Shown piece by piece: positions 36,625-49,622 of a stretch of DNA of 64,000 nt. Below the pieces are notes generated by a model. That model searched no databases. It saw only the letters and a program-made list of their open reading frames with translations, and was not told the DNA's origin. The stretch is from positions 47,804,001 to 47,868,000 of the forward strand of contig NW_024704743.1 of assembly GCF_018977255.1 (NCBI RefSeq), given 5' to 3'. Position 1 is the stretch's first letter. Each line of letters begins with the position of its first letter. The position numbers and the translations under genes are program-made. This DNA is from Callorhinchus milii (lineage: Eukaryota).

Positions 36625-36871
36625 TTTAAGGTGCGCTCCAGTTTGTAATTGTATATTCTCATTATAGCAAGGAATCTGGCAAGTCTATTATTTTCTTTTT
36701 TAAAAAATTATATTAGCTTGTGTAGATTACATTTAAAGTGAGTGCCACCATTAAATACAGCTTGCCTGATGTACTGGTTACACCCCTAATTACTTTTGAG
36801 CCAATTACCAATCTGAGGAATCCTTTATTGCTCCCTAGAAAAGCACTTTCATCTATTTTTCATTTTTGTAG

Positions 36872-36981
36872 ATCATGGATTCTCCTGGTGATGTGGCTGA
36901 TCGAGCTGATAGAATTATAACTATGTTGCCATCAAGCCCTAATGTGATTGAAGTTTATCATGGTTCAAATGGGATTTTCAA
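36872..36981 (+). CDS. HIBADH: HIBADH coding exon 3
   Basis: IMDSPGDVADRADRIITMLPSSPNVIEVYHGSNGIF(K). Acceptor tttttgtAG, donor AA|GTAGGT; 110 nt; in frame with exons 2 and 4. Confidence 0.96.
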
Positions 36982-37908
36982 GTAGGTATTTCACTTTTCT
37001 GTTTGAAATTGTATTTTAATCAGTGTACGTTGGTCGTAATACAATGTGGCCATTGTGCACACGGATATTTGGTAGTAATGAGTTGCATTTTATTGCTTGC
37101 TGTACATAAGAAGTTTGTATATTTATAAAACAATTATTTTAAGTGTTTTAATTTCCACATCTTTTCACTTTTACCGCCGTAGAAATTTTGTTAGGTTTTA
37201 AAATTGAAATTTTCATAGAAGTAAGTTACAATTATTTATGTTATTGGCTTCAAATTGAGTTCAACGTTTTATATTGGATTAGTTACAAGGCTCTATGACC
37301 CTAGCTCCTGAGATTTGGCTTTATGTTTTATTTTACAACCACAACTTCCAGTTACAATAGCATGTTATATTGCTATAGTTGGTGTCCACCATATACCAAC
37401 AAGTGTTGCAACAGGGTGCAATTGCTGGTTAGAATTTATGCATTCTGCACATGTGCATTAAAAGCCAGCTGAAGCCGTGCTGACTGACTTCCTGTGCTAC
37501 AAAGAAATAACTTCCAGGTCACTACCAGTGATGCTAACTCTGTGCTATGCGCAAGAAGTGTGTGTTGGCTTTTAAGAACAATCCTTTCAAGTCCCGTTTA
37601 GCTACCCTTTTCACTTTACCCCTGTAGTTATCACCCCTTTAGGTATTTACCTAATTGGAGATTGAGGAAGACGCATGTAAATCTCTGCCTCGCATGGAAA
37701 GAGTGTTTAGGTCTATGTACAGTATCAATGGAAGTGATAGAGGTGTAATATAAATAATATTGATACACACCACCACAAGATGCACAGCTTTTCTCCCCCA
37801 CCCTGCCTGCCAAAATCAAAACATCATATTATTATTTCTGGTATAAGGGTGCTTTTCAGATTTTTCTCCCCTGCCCCCAAATTAACTTCAATTTTATTTT
37901 TTTTGCAG

Positions 37909-38030
37909 GAAGCTAAAGAAGGGTTCATTGTTAATAGATTCCAGCACTATTGACCCTTCAGTTTCTAAGGGATTGGCCAAAACAGCAGAAAAAATGGGAG
38001 CGCTGTTCATGGATGCACCAGTATCTGGTG
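37909..38030 (+). CDS. HIBADH: HIBADH coding exon 4
   Basis: KLKKGSLLIDSSTIDPSVSKGLAKTAEKMGALFMDAPVSG(G), including the family DAPVSGG motif. Acceptor ttttttgcAG, donor G|GTAGGT; 122 nt; ends in phase 1. Confidence 0.96.
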
Positions 38031-41000
38031 GTAGGTCTCTTCAAGAAATAACTGATACACTTTCTTTTGAAAGTATCGAAATATTTCATTAGCCTTTCTA
38101 GCACAGTGTTGGTTTTAAATCATTGGGGAAGAGTTCAACACTTTGTGTCAATAGTAGTTGCTATCCATTGTAGAATGTTTGCAGGAGAGAAGGAGGTCAT
38201 TTGTGCATCGTGTCTGGCTGGTCTATTATTTTTAAACTTTTGCCCTTGTTCCTCTGAAGCTCCTTCACCATCCCACTTGCTCTTCCTCCCCCCTCATCCT
38301 TACTCAATTGAATTTCAAACTGTTTACTTCGACAATTCCTTCTTTCTAAAAAAAAATCTCTACTGTTCATTTCTGGGTTAAAATTAATCTTCTGATTTAT
38401 TAAGATCACAAACCACAGGCGAGACCTGAAGTAAAATTCTAATTTCTTGATGGAATTTCTCAGATGTGGAAAGCTGCATTTTTTCCATTTAATTGCTTCT
38501 AAGTGAGGCAAATTGATCTTTTTCCTTAATTTTCTATGGAAGATTTTAAATACAGCTTTTTGAGGCGTAGAAATACTAAGAGTGCTGCTAACTATAAATA
38601 TTGTAACAGTGGCCAGCTTTCCTCATTTCTATCATGTTTATACACATCTACAACAAGAACTGTTTCCATTTATATAGTATCCTTCACATGGTGTAGTTTC
38701 TTGGAGCTCTGACATCTACATGTTCACAATAATGGTAGATTAAAGGTAGTTATTTTTTTCACTTGGGCAATGGGGTTTTGCTGCTTAAAGTGATTCCCTG
38801 GTGATTTTATCGTGGCTGGTTCCCAGTTTTCATTAAATATTCATTCTATCCAGAGCACTAAACTACAGAATACTAACCTTCAATCTATCGGTATGGATAT
38901 AATTTTGTAAATGAGATATCCAATTCCAATAAAAAAATGCTTTTTTTTAATGGCTGTGATAACAGGACATCATTTGATATAGTGCCTTATCACGTCTTCA
39001 AGATGTCTCAAAGGGCTTCAGAGAATATAATGTAAAGTGAATTGACTATTTTGTCGCCAAAACGCAAGAAAGAAAAGGTAAACAAAAGGTCGTGGTCAGA
39101 GCCCAGATGTGAGGGAGAAAGAAGTGCTGAGGATTGAACTCTACACCATGGTTGTAAGCTAGTTCAAGTGAATTTTTGAGCGAGAGACCGGGAAGATCTA
39201 GGAGATTAGAGCCAGAAGTTAGGAGATGTTGGTGGGAGCCTAGGAGGATGTCTTCCAAGGTTCTTAGCAAATGAAAGTATTAGAGGAATGAAGAAAGCTG
39301 GGAAAATTAAATCAGAAAGAGAAGAGTTGCCATTAATGAACAAAATAACAAAGGAGACTTGATGGGTCAAGTGGCTTTCTATTGCTTCTGTTTTCACACC
39401 TCATGCTGGCTTCCTCTTATTTTACCACAATCTGTCTTACAGTGTAACTGCATGTTTTGGTAGTTGTTAACCATGTTAAGTCTGTGTTATTACCTGGGAA
39501 ATAAAACTAACATTTGTACTGGCTAGTGTTTCGACCACAAAATACAGTTATTTTATTTTACTGTGTATTCTGTGAAGCACTTTGAAATGTCTCAATGATG
39601 TGATGAGACATCTCAAAATGAACTATATTAAATGTAAGGATTAATAATTATTATTAATAATAAATTCACTGCCTGATATAACAAGAAGTTTGCCAGTTGT
39701 CTAGTTAGATCCACTATAGTTGGGTTCAACAGCTGATTATTATTATTATTAACCAAGGTCCCAATAATGTTCTCTCTTTTAGAGGATTTAGAGGAGATGT
39801 TTCCAAATTTCTGAAAATAAGACAGTTATTCTTCCCTTGGAATAAGTAATAATGGATTTTAAAAGGCAATAATATTTTATAGTATAGTAGAATGTTTGCT
39901 TGTTTCTTTATATAGGGTAACTAGTAATATAAAGGATTTATATGTAGCAAGGTCATCAGTTCAAATCCTGATCTGAATTAGTTGGTCTTTGCCAAGGAAA
40001 AGTTGCAATTTCTTTTATCAGGGCCTTGTGTTACGGAATTCAGTAGAGATCGTTGTCAAGTGATCCCTAATGGAAAGTGCATGTGTCTGGACTTTGGGTG
40101 AGGATAGAGTCAGGGTTGGTTGTGATTGTCCCTGCCCCCAGCAGACAAATAGATTCCCCTGTCAAAGGTCACACATGACTGATACCATAGGGTGACAGGC
40201 ACCCCTGGAACCTTATCCTAGTAGAAGGAAAAAGGAGTTAAATGCCATAAGAAAAAAGGGAGAGGAAAAGTTTGTGGGAATAAGAACATAAGGGGAGCTT
40301 TAAGAAGGAAATAATTCCTGTTTTCACCTCATTTTGATCTGTCAAATTGTTTTTAAATTGCATTTTGGAGGTTGAAATGGTTTCTGTTTACTTCGGTATT
40401 ATTTTCTCATCATTGCTATTTCTGATATAGCAGAATCTAATCCCTGAATAGTAGATGTTCATATGATCGCATCAAACTTGCATTGATTTATGGAAATGTC
40501 TGGTATTGTACACATCAAATGCTGGGATTACTTCAGAGACATCTAAGTTGAGTTAATGACAGTTTTACTCAACTTAGAACTTGGTGGAAAAATGAAGCTA
40601 AGTTGTAAATTACCTCTCCAACACCATAAAATTTAGGATATGGGGATCGTGTGGCTCTTGATTTAAATTGTTTGTTTATCAGCTGGCGCCTGGTCTGGAG
40701 TCAAGATCTGTGAATATAAATCTCTGACAGAACCTGGAAACTCCTGCAGGCTACTTTCATTGTGACTGAGGCTAAGTTAAATTGAAAGCTCTGCCGTAAA
40801 CATTTAATAAGAATATATATATATATGTTTCTATTTTACCAATGTGCTCTTGTTTGCAATTGTGACTGCTCAAGGACTGTGCTGACAAGTGAGGTTAAAA
40901 AACATGAACAACATGGATGTCAGAAATTAGACCAGTTTAACTGGTGATTGTCATCTAAAAAGCTTAAATCAAACAGTAATATTATTAGAAACAAAAGTGC

Positions 41001-41214
41001 TTTCATTTGAAGCTTCATTTGGTGTTATTTTTCAGCTATTTTAACCTTCAGGCTCATAGTACAATCTAATTTTTCTCTCCTTGCTCCACACCCCACTCCC
41101 CCCTCCCCCGCTGCCTGCCTTCTGAATAGCGTACATTAATTTATTTTTTTTAAATTAGAAGTTTGTAAGGTGTTATCACAGCCTGACTCTAATATCTATG
41201 TAAATACAATTTTT

Positions 41215-41778
41215 AACAACAACAAGATTACATTTGTATGGCACCTTTCACGTCAGGAGGACGTCCCAAGGCGCTGGACAGTGTACAGCATTTCAGACCC
41301 GAGCTGGGGTCGGGGGGAGAGAGGGGAAGGGGGGTGGCCGATGGCATGGTCGAAGAGGAGGGTCTTGAGGCGGGACTTGAAGGAGGCTAAGGAGGGGGCG
41401 ACGTGGAATGATTGGGGGATGGAATCCAGAGGTTGGGGGCAGAGTGGCTGAAGGCTCTCCCACCAATGGTGGGGCGGGTGGGTTGGGGGACATGGAGCAG
41501 GCCAGAGCCGGCTGAGTGGAGGGAACAGGCGGGTTGGTAGGGGGTTAGGAGGTCGCAGAGGTAGGGTGGGGCGAGGCCATGGAGGGCTTTGTAGATGAGG
41601 ATCAGGATCTTGAACTGGATCCTCTGAAGGATAGGGAGCCAATGGAGTCGGGTGAGAGTGGGGGAGATGGGGTCACGGAGTTTGGTGCAGGAGAGGACAC
41701 GGGCTGCAGAGTTCTGCATTATCTGCAGCCTGTGGAGGGAGGAGTTGGGAAGGCCGGCAAGCAGGGCGTTTGGATAGT
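41215..41778 (-). mobile_element. L2 3' fragment
   Basis: Minus ORF NALLAGLPNSSLHRLQIMQNSAARVL..LHWLPILQRIQFKILIL; nearly identical to 9582-10160. Confidence 0.93.
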
Positions 41779-42309
41779 AAATGGGGTAAATGACCAAGTA
41801 TTTGCCTAGTCTCTGTGCAACCAAGTCGTTGCCATAGAATTGTAACTAAAGGCTTAACTCTAGATCGTGTCTCATGAAGGGGGCATTTAAAAGTTGTGTT
41901 GATGGCGTGAAAAGCGCTGTGTCAAATGCAAGGATTATTATTGTTATATAAATGCAATATTTTGTTGTATTAAGTATTGTTGTAACACTCAGTTATGAAG
42001 AATGGCCACTTGGATAAGGTACTGGAAGGCAATTGGCACTTGTAACCAAGGGAAAAGAATTGCATTCCAGGCGGGGGAGGGGAGAAAATCAACAAAATAA
42101 AAAAAGCCTACTGATTGTATTTAGTTTTAGCTGATTGTAATGTGCTTGTTTGTGATTTGTCCCTTCAGTTACATTGTAGAGCATATATGATTCCAATATT
42201 TTTCCTATCTTTAGAGTAACTGCAGGGACACGGTCTATTTGTGTTTTGGATTATTATTTGTGACAAATCACATTGTTATTCAGTGGTTCTGCTGCCACTG
42301 AGATCCATT

Positions 42310-42545
42310 ATAATAATATAATAATAATAATCCTTGCATTTGATATAGCGCTTTTCACGTCGGGAGGACGTCCCAAAGCGCTTCACAGAATAGACTGTAA
42401 AGTGAATTGACTGTATATTTGTGGGTGAACGCGGCAGCCAATTGCGCACAGCAATGTCCCACAAACAGTCGTAGATTGAAAATGACCAATTTATTATTGT
42501 TTTTGTTTTTGGAGGGATTATTATTAGGCGTGTGGAGTAAGGAAT
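42310..42545 (-). mobile_element. Young SINE, head missing
   Basis: Same family; sequence stops at ggagtaaggaa. Confidence 0.9.
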
Positions 42546-43506
42546 GTAGGTAACTCTAGTTGTCTGAGCACAGGAGCAATGCAGATTGCTCTGTTATGAC
42601 TTGTATAACTATCTTATCCATTTACGATTCCAGTGTATTCTTTCTCCCCCCAACCTGTTTCCTTCCTGGGCTGCTATGTTCGTTTTACATAGAGTAACAG
42701 AGTGAAACAGCATGGGAACGAGTCATTTGGTCCAATTAGACAGTGCTTCCCACGATCCTCTGCCCCACCTATTCCCCTTATTTATACCACTCCATCCCCT
42801 TCTCCCTTGTGTAATCATCAAGTTTTCTCTTAAATTGATGCTATTTGCTTCAACCCAGCTTCCGGCAGTAAATGCATCACCATCCCATGGTGAAGAAGTT
42901 CCTCCTAAATTCCCTATTGGATCTGCAACTAGCCTGCTTATGTTTATACCCTCTAGTTTGTGTATGTATGTGAGTGAAACATTTATTTGCTTAGGTTTTC
43001 TCCTTAAGTCGTTGTGTCCTTCTGTCGACATGGTGGTATTCCTAGATGAGACTGCAACATCAGTGACTGTATATTGACAGCCAAATGAAATAAAGTATAA
43101 AATAAACTTGACGTGTAAAACAACCATTTTTAAATAGCCATTTCCCTCTTTTAGATTCAGCTGCCAGCATAGTCGAAATATCCAGTTTGATACAGAATCA
43201 GATTAAGCATGTGAAGCAGTACTCAAATTCATGCTCTCCTGGTGGTAACAATAATGGCAGAAGTTTCGGGCCAAATCACACTGAAGAAGTTGTGAGGTTT
43301 AGACTTCACACTGGCTGACATTGTTTAATTATGGAAGGGTTTGCACTGGACTTTTAAGTGATATGATAATTATGACACTTTTTTAACCTTATTTGCAAGT
43401 CTGCAATACATTTTCATAATTTGGGTGTAGAAATACCTTGTTTTCACAAACAAGATGAAAGCAGCCCTTTATAAGAAAACAGTACAAGAGACCAATGTGC
43501 ACTTCA

Positions 43507-43520
43507 CCAGCAGATGGCAT
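43507..43520 (+). promoter_or_regulatory. CTCF-like motif
   Basis: CCAGCAGATGGCAT in a repeat-free stretch. Motif only. Confidence 0.5.
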
Positions 43521-45931
43521 TGCAACCAAACCTGTTCAGAGACTGGGAGCTGTTTTGAAGAAACAATACTAATTCAAACTCACTTCAATCTAATATTTTT
43601 TTAAAGCTTTATGGCGCTGGTGAAAAAATGATTTAATTAAATATCATCAAGAAATTTCTAATAGATAATTAAGCTATCTGGAAAATTTGAGAATCTCTTA
43701 TGCAGACGTGTCAGGCCATTTTGTAGAACATGCATAGTAACGTAGTTTTAATGTAGTAACAGTTTTCAGCAGAAAGTAGATGATTGGATCACCAAGTCTA
43801 CAACTCCCCAAACATTCCTTTAGGGAGTTGTAGACATATTCTAGTAACCCTAAACCCCTTTCATTTCCAGGAAATTGCCTAATTCCTTTTTGAAACCTGA
43901 CTTGCATGACTTGTCACCATTTATGTGAAAATAAAGTGTCAAAACACTTAACAATGAAAGAGGTGGTAACTAAGCAAGAAGTGGGAGAAGCATAGAGATG
44001 ACTGAAAACACAAGAGACAGATTTTGAAAGCAGGGAGAGAGGTAGCAAGGCAAGTTATTTTGGAAGAAAATTGCAGAGGACAGAGCACGGTCACTGAAGG
44101 CCCAGCTTCATATGGTAGAAGAGAAGGAATAAGGCACAAACAGGAGTCGAGAGTCCTCGGTACATGAAAGGACATATGGCTGGAGAAAATTGGACAGATA
44201 TGGAAACGTTCACGGAGGAATTAGAAAATAACAGATCTTAACATCAATCTACTTGAGGGCCACGTAACCTCTTTCTTTGGGTGGGAGTCGGTTTGTGTTT
44301 TCTGCAGATGTGTTTGTGTGTGGGGGTCGGTCTCTTTTTCTCTTGCTTTTTGTTGTTGTGTATCCCTTTTTAAGTAACCCTACTATATCCTTCAGCATGT
44401 GCAATGGTGAAATAATTAAGCTTTTACAGCAAAGTGATAGCTTCAGGGAGCACAATTGGAAATTGTGTCTATCTTGCCAAGTGTTTGAATGTTTAAAAAT
44501 AATACATCGTTCAGATGAAACATAAAACTGAGATCCCATCTGCTTGTTTAGGTGGACGTTAAAGATCCTATGGCACTCTTTGAATAGTAAAGGGGAGGTT
44601 CTCTTGGTTTCCTGGCCAACAATCCCCCCCCAAATAAAATTGGTCATTCACCTCATGGCTGTTTGTGGGATACTGCTGTCAACAAATTGCCTGCTGTGTT
44701 CATCTGCAAAATACACAGTTGCTGCATTTTACAGTATAAAATGGTTGACGTGGGAATAAACTATGCCATTGTTCAGCTCTCTGATGCTGTCCTGTGTGGA
44801 GGGCACTATATAAATGTAAGTTGATGTATATCCTATGAATCGCTTTGAGAAGTGCTCCCTCCTTGAAAGCCACTATATTAAAAGCAAGCATTATTATTAG
44901 TTTCTCTTGGCCACACTAAACCTATTATTTGATAACTAAGCACATAAAGATTGCTTTCAACTCAAAATGTTTATACATGCTCAAACGTGGAGATACTTCA
45001 GCAGTGGGGCTATAAAAGGGTGAGAAAAGATTCAGGGGATATTTTAAGTTATTTCTGAAGTTCATTCTGAGCGTTTGAGAAAACTAAAATGAACTAGGAA
45101 GGTTTGCATTCTGTCATTTAGCCTGCCAAGGACTCCGGGATTGATTGAGTGAAAAGAGTGGAACAATTTCCTTCATATGTGGGTACGTATTGTGGGGTGG
45201 GGGAGATAGTCATTTGAGCTGAGGAATGGGAAAATTATCTGCTCAAAATGAAATACAAAAAATTGTTGTCTGTTGTAAGTCAAATATTAATTCAATTTGT
45301 TTTACATGTTAAAAAGGAGCCTTCCCATTCATTGTATAATCACACAGCGCCAACAGGTAAACCCTTTAAGCAGGCTACCTTTTCTTTTCAGTCTGTCTCT
45401 GTGCTTCTATTCAGTGGATCCCCTGAGGGAGATTCCCACATGTGCTGGAATTCTGGGAGCAGGCGAGTTATATTCAACACCAGCCTGTCCATTTTACTAG
45501 GCTGTTCCTCTCCTGTAAAAGCTAAATGTGAGATTGGTTAAGAAAGGCAACAGTGGAGGCACTCCTTGACTGGTTTCTACTCTCCAGTAGGCAATCACTG
45601 GATGTCTTTTGCCAAATATTATCTGGATTTATCTCAAAGTGACTTTCCAAAGAAAGTTAATTTTTTTTAAAAAAAATTGTGCTTTAAAACCCAAACTGCT
45701 TTATGCTGTATAATAAATAGCCCAACAGGAACATTCAAAACTGCACTTCTGAACCATCCTTGTGTCCAGGTGTTGTGCAAAGAAATGGAGCTAGTTGTAA
45801 GTTTACTTGAAGAATTGCTAGTCTGTGCTGATTTAGCATATCTAACTCAAGTCTTGTAGCTCAGTGGTTGGAGCATTCATCTCGCAAACGAGAGACCTGA
45901 GTTCAATTCCTGGCATTCTGCCTCCACCCTT

Positions 45932-46885
45932 AACAACAACAAAATTACATTTCTATAGTGCCTTTCATATCGGGAGGATGTCTCAAGGCGCTAGACAATC
46001 AATGTTTCAGATCTGAGCTGGTGGTTGGGATTGGGGAGGGTGAAGGGCAGGGATGACCGAAGACACGGTCAAAGAGTAGGGTCTTGAGATGGGTCTTGAA
46101 GGAGGCAAGGGAGGGAGTCAGAGGGAATGTGGGATGGAGTTCCAGAGGGTGGGGGCAGAGTGGCAGAAGTCACACCTACCAATGGTGGGGTAGGCGAGGC
46201 GGGAGATGTGAAGCATGCTGGAGCCCGCTGAACGGAGGGAGTGGGCAGGTTGGTAGGGGGTTAGAAGATCGCAGAGGTAGGGGGAGCAAGGCCGTGGAGG
46301 GCTTTGAAGGTGAAGACCAGGATCTTGAACTGTATCCTCTGTATGCTGGGAAGCCAGTGGAGTTGGGTGAGGATGGTAGTGATAGGGTCGCGGAACCTAA
46401 TGCAGGAGAGAACACGGGCTGCAGAGTTCTGGATGATCTGCAGCCTATGGAGGGAGGAGTTGGGGAGGCCGACAAGCAGTGAGTTGGCATAGTCGAGCCT
46501 CGATGTAATGAAAGCATGTATGAGGGTTTTGGCAGCCTGTGGTGTGAGACAGTGGCGAAGCCGGGCGTCGTTGCGGAGGTGTGGGGGAAGGCAGAACGGG
46601 TCATGACACGGATGTGGGGTAGAAAGGATAGTTGTGGGTCAAACAAAACACCAAGTTTCCGGACTGGCTTAGCAAGGTAGAGTGCACAACCACGGATGGT
46701 GCTGCTGTCAGCGCCTGAGGTGAGGAGCCGCTGATGGGAGCCAATCAGGAGAACCTCGGTCTTGTTGGCATTCAACTAAAGAAAGTTATCTCTCATCCAG
46801 GACTTGATGTCTGACAGACATTCTGTCAGGACAGCAGTGGTCCTGGAATCAAGGGTGGAGGCAGAGAGGTAGAGTTGGGTATCCG
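45932..46885 (-). mobile_element. 5'-truncated L2
   Basis: DTQLYLS..LSDIKSWMRDNFL, NANKTEVLLIG, VRKLGVLFDPQLSF; tail at 45932. Confidence 0.9.
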
Positions 46886-48516
46886 GTTGGGACCATAAAT
46901 TTAGTATGATTTGTGCAAAGTATGGGTTATGTAAAACTTGCATAGAATATAAACTCTTGAACAGGACTTGGGCAGATGTACGACTTAGGCCATTATACGA
47001 TTTATACAGGTCAGATGTATGCACTACTAGGGATTTTGCACATGCATGGAACTTTGCATGCGCAGAACTGGATGTTTTTTTTNCAGATGTCTGATGTGGT
47101 TACATAGGATTTAGTTAGTTGGCATTCTGCAATACTTATGATGGTATGATTGACAACCAATGTGGTGGTGACCCCCCCATTTTTGAATAGCCTGTCCAGC
47201 CTTACACATCACAAATTGGCCACTGGCAATGTACAAGCAAGCCACATCTATCCAGTATACCCAGTATGAATTAACACCTTCAGGAGGGGTAAAGGGAAAA
47301 TACAATAAAAAATATATTTCTTGGATTATTGGAAAAGTTAGAATTCTCATCCAATGGTTGAGTACAAACAAATTTTAATAGGCAATACAAAATTACATTT
47401 GCAGTCTTTCGGTGATCTTTCACCGTGTCTCAAGGTGGGCCTTGAGACAAACCTCAAACAAGGTCAGGGAAGGATTGAGTCAGAGGGACTCTGAGATAGA
47501 GTTAGGGTGAGTGGGAAAAGAAAGGCTGAAAACCTGCCTTCTGATTGTGAGATGGGTAGGTTGAGTGGCATGAAGCAGGCTGATGCCCACTGAATAAAGG
47601 GAGTGGCCGGGTCAGTAGGATTTGAGGAGGTTCCAGAGGTAGTGGGACGAGACGTTGAAGGGATTTATAGGTAAGAACGAGGACCTTGAACTTGATCTGC
47701 TCGGGGATTGGGAGCTAGTACAGTGTGTGAGAATTGAGATGATAGGATTGCAGAGCCTGGTGCAGGAAAGGATATGGACTGCTGAGATCTGGATAATGTA
47801 TTGAAGCTCCCACTCAGGTGGGTAAATGGGAAGCATGAAATCAAATATGCCAAATAGGCTTTTTCATCCAAATCCTCTCCTGTGAACATGTAATCCAGGT
47901 CTCTGTCTAACATCTAAAAAATGTTGAGTGTCGGGACTTAAAATGAAAATTTATTATTTCAAATCAATTAATATACTCCCTGTTTTGTCATGATCTTTTG
48001 TATCTGGTTAAATGTTAAACGAGTCATTAAGTATGTGTGTATTAGTATTAATTCTGCATCATACCCATTAAAACAGTTAATTTACTTTTAATCAATCATG
48101 CAATTTTCCTTTTTTATTTCACTTTTAACATGCAGGGCCATATTTCCAAGGTTTTGGCCTGGTTAACATAATCTAAATACTTCAGAGTTGTGAATCAGTC
48201 TCAGCTTCTGATGATTGTAGCTGAGCCTAAGACTCCAGGCTTGTGGAGATTCCTTGTTAATTTTTAAAAAAAACGTACTCTTCTTGGCAATTAGAACTAT
48301 TCTCTAATGAGGCAAATGATTATGCAGTTCGCAGTCTTAATGTGTTTGGATATGGCAAACCGTATTGCATTTGAGCTTGACACAGATGTGTGACTTTCTG
48401 TGTTATAATTTTGATAAGTTAGGATACAATCTTTTTGGTCTACTAGATCACCTATACTGTTCTGCAATTATTTAGCCTGAAATTGTTAAAATCATACAAT
48501 TACATTGAAAGAGAAT

Positions 48517-49622
48517 TCAAGTCCTACCTCACAAACCACCAGCAGTACATCTGCACAAATGGCTTCTCCTCCCGCTCTCACCCAGTTACCTGCGGGGTAC
48601 CCCAAGGATCCATCCTTGGCCCCCTCCTCTTTCTGATCTATAATGCTCCCTCTTGGGGATGTCATCCCCAGACATGGGGTACATTTCCACATATATGCGG
48701 AAGACACCCAACTCTTATTTTTTCACCTCTCTTTGCGACCCCCAGTGCCCCTGATGTTCTGTCAGCCTGCCTGTTAGACCTCAGGGGCTGGATGAGCGCA
48801 AATTTCCTTCAGCTGAACGTTGACAAAATGGAACCCATACTCTTTGGCTTTCGTCAACGTCTAAAACCTCACCTCCTCCACCTACCCGACCTTCCCTTAA
48901 AACTCTCTGAACCCGTACGCAACCTAGGCGTCAGGTTCAATCCCCAATTATCCTTCCTCCCCCACATCCGGTCCCTCACCAGCACCACTTTCTTCCACCT
49001 CCGACGCATCACCCGTCTCCGCCAATACCTCTCCGAAAGCCGCTGAAACCCTGGTCCATGCCTTTGTCACCTCTCGGCTGGACTATTCTAACACCCTCCT
49101 CGCCGGCCTCCCCTCGACTACCATCCATAAAATCCAGATTATTCAAAACTCTGCATTCTCATCCGCACCAAACTCCCCTCCCCGATCACCCCAGTCCTTG
49201 CCAGACTGCACTGGCTCCCTATCCCAGAGAGGATCGATTTCAAGATCCTCACCCTCGTATTCAAGTCCCTGTACTCCTCTGCACCCCCCTACCTCTCTGA
49301 CCTACTCTCTCCTCAGCACAGTACCCGTTGCCTTCGTTCCTCCGAGTCTGGCCTCCTCCTTGTCCCCCGGGTCCTCCGCTCCACCCTCGGTGGCCGTACC
49401 TTCAGCCACTATGCCCCGAGGCTCTGGAACTCCCTTCGCCTCGCTCCCTCTCTTCCTATTTTCAGGTCTCTGCAGAAGACCTTTCTTTTCGACCGCACCT
49501 TTGGTCACCTTCCTCCGCCTCCCCCTGGCTTGGCCCCAGAATCCGTTACTGTGAAGTGCTCTGAGACGACGTCCGGTATGGAGTGCGCTATATAAATCCA
49601 AGTTGTTGTTTCCGGTGTTGTT
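48517..49622 (+). mobile_element. 5'-truncated L2, same subfamily as 31150-34452
   Basis: Near-identical to 33330-34450 (SYLTNHQQYICTNGFSS..GVPQGSILGPLLF) with the same 3' end (gcgctatataaatcc.aagttgttg). Confidence 0.93.

Noticed and set aside
47075..47090. Ambiguous base n after a T run
   Set aside because: Sequencing or assembly ambiguity, not a biological feature.
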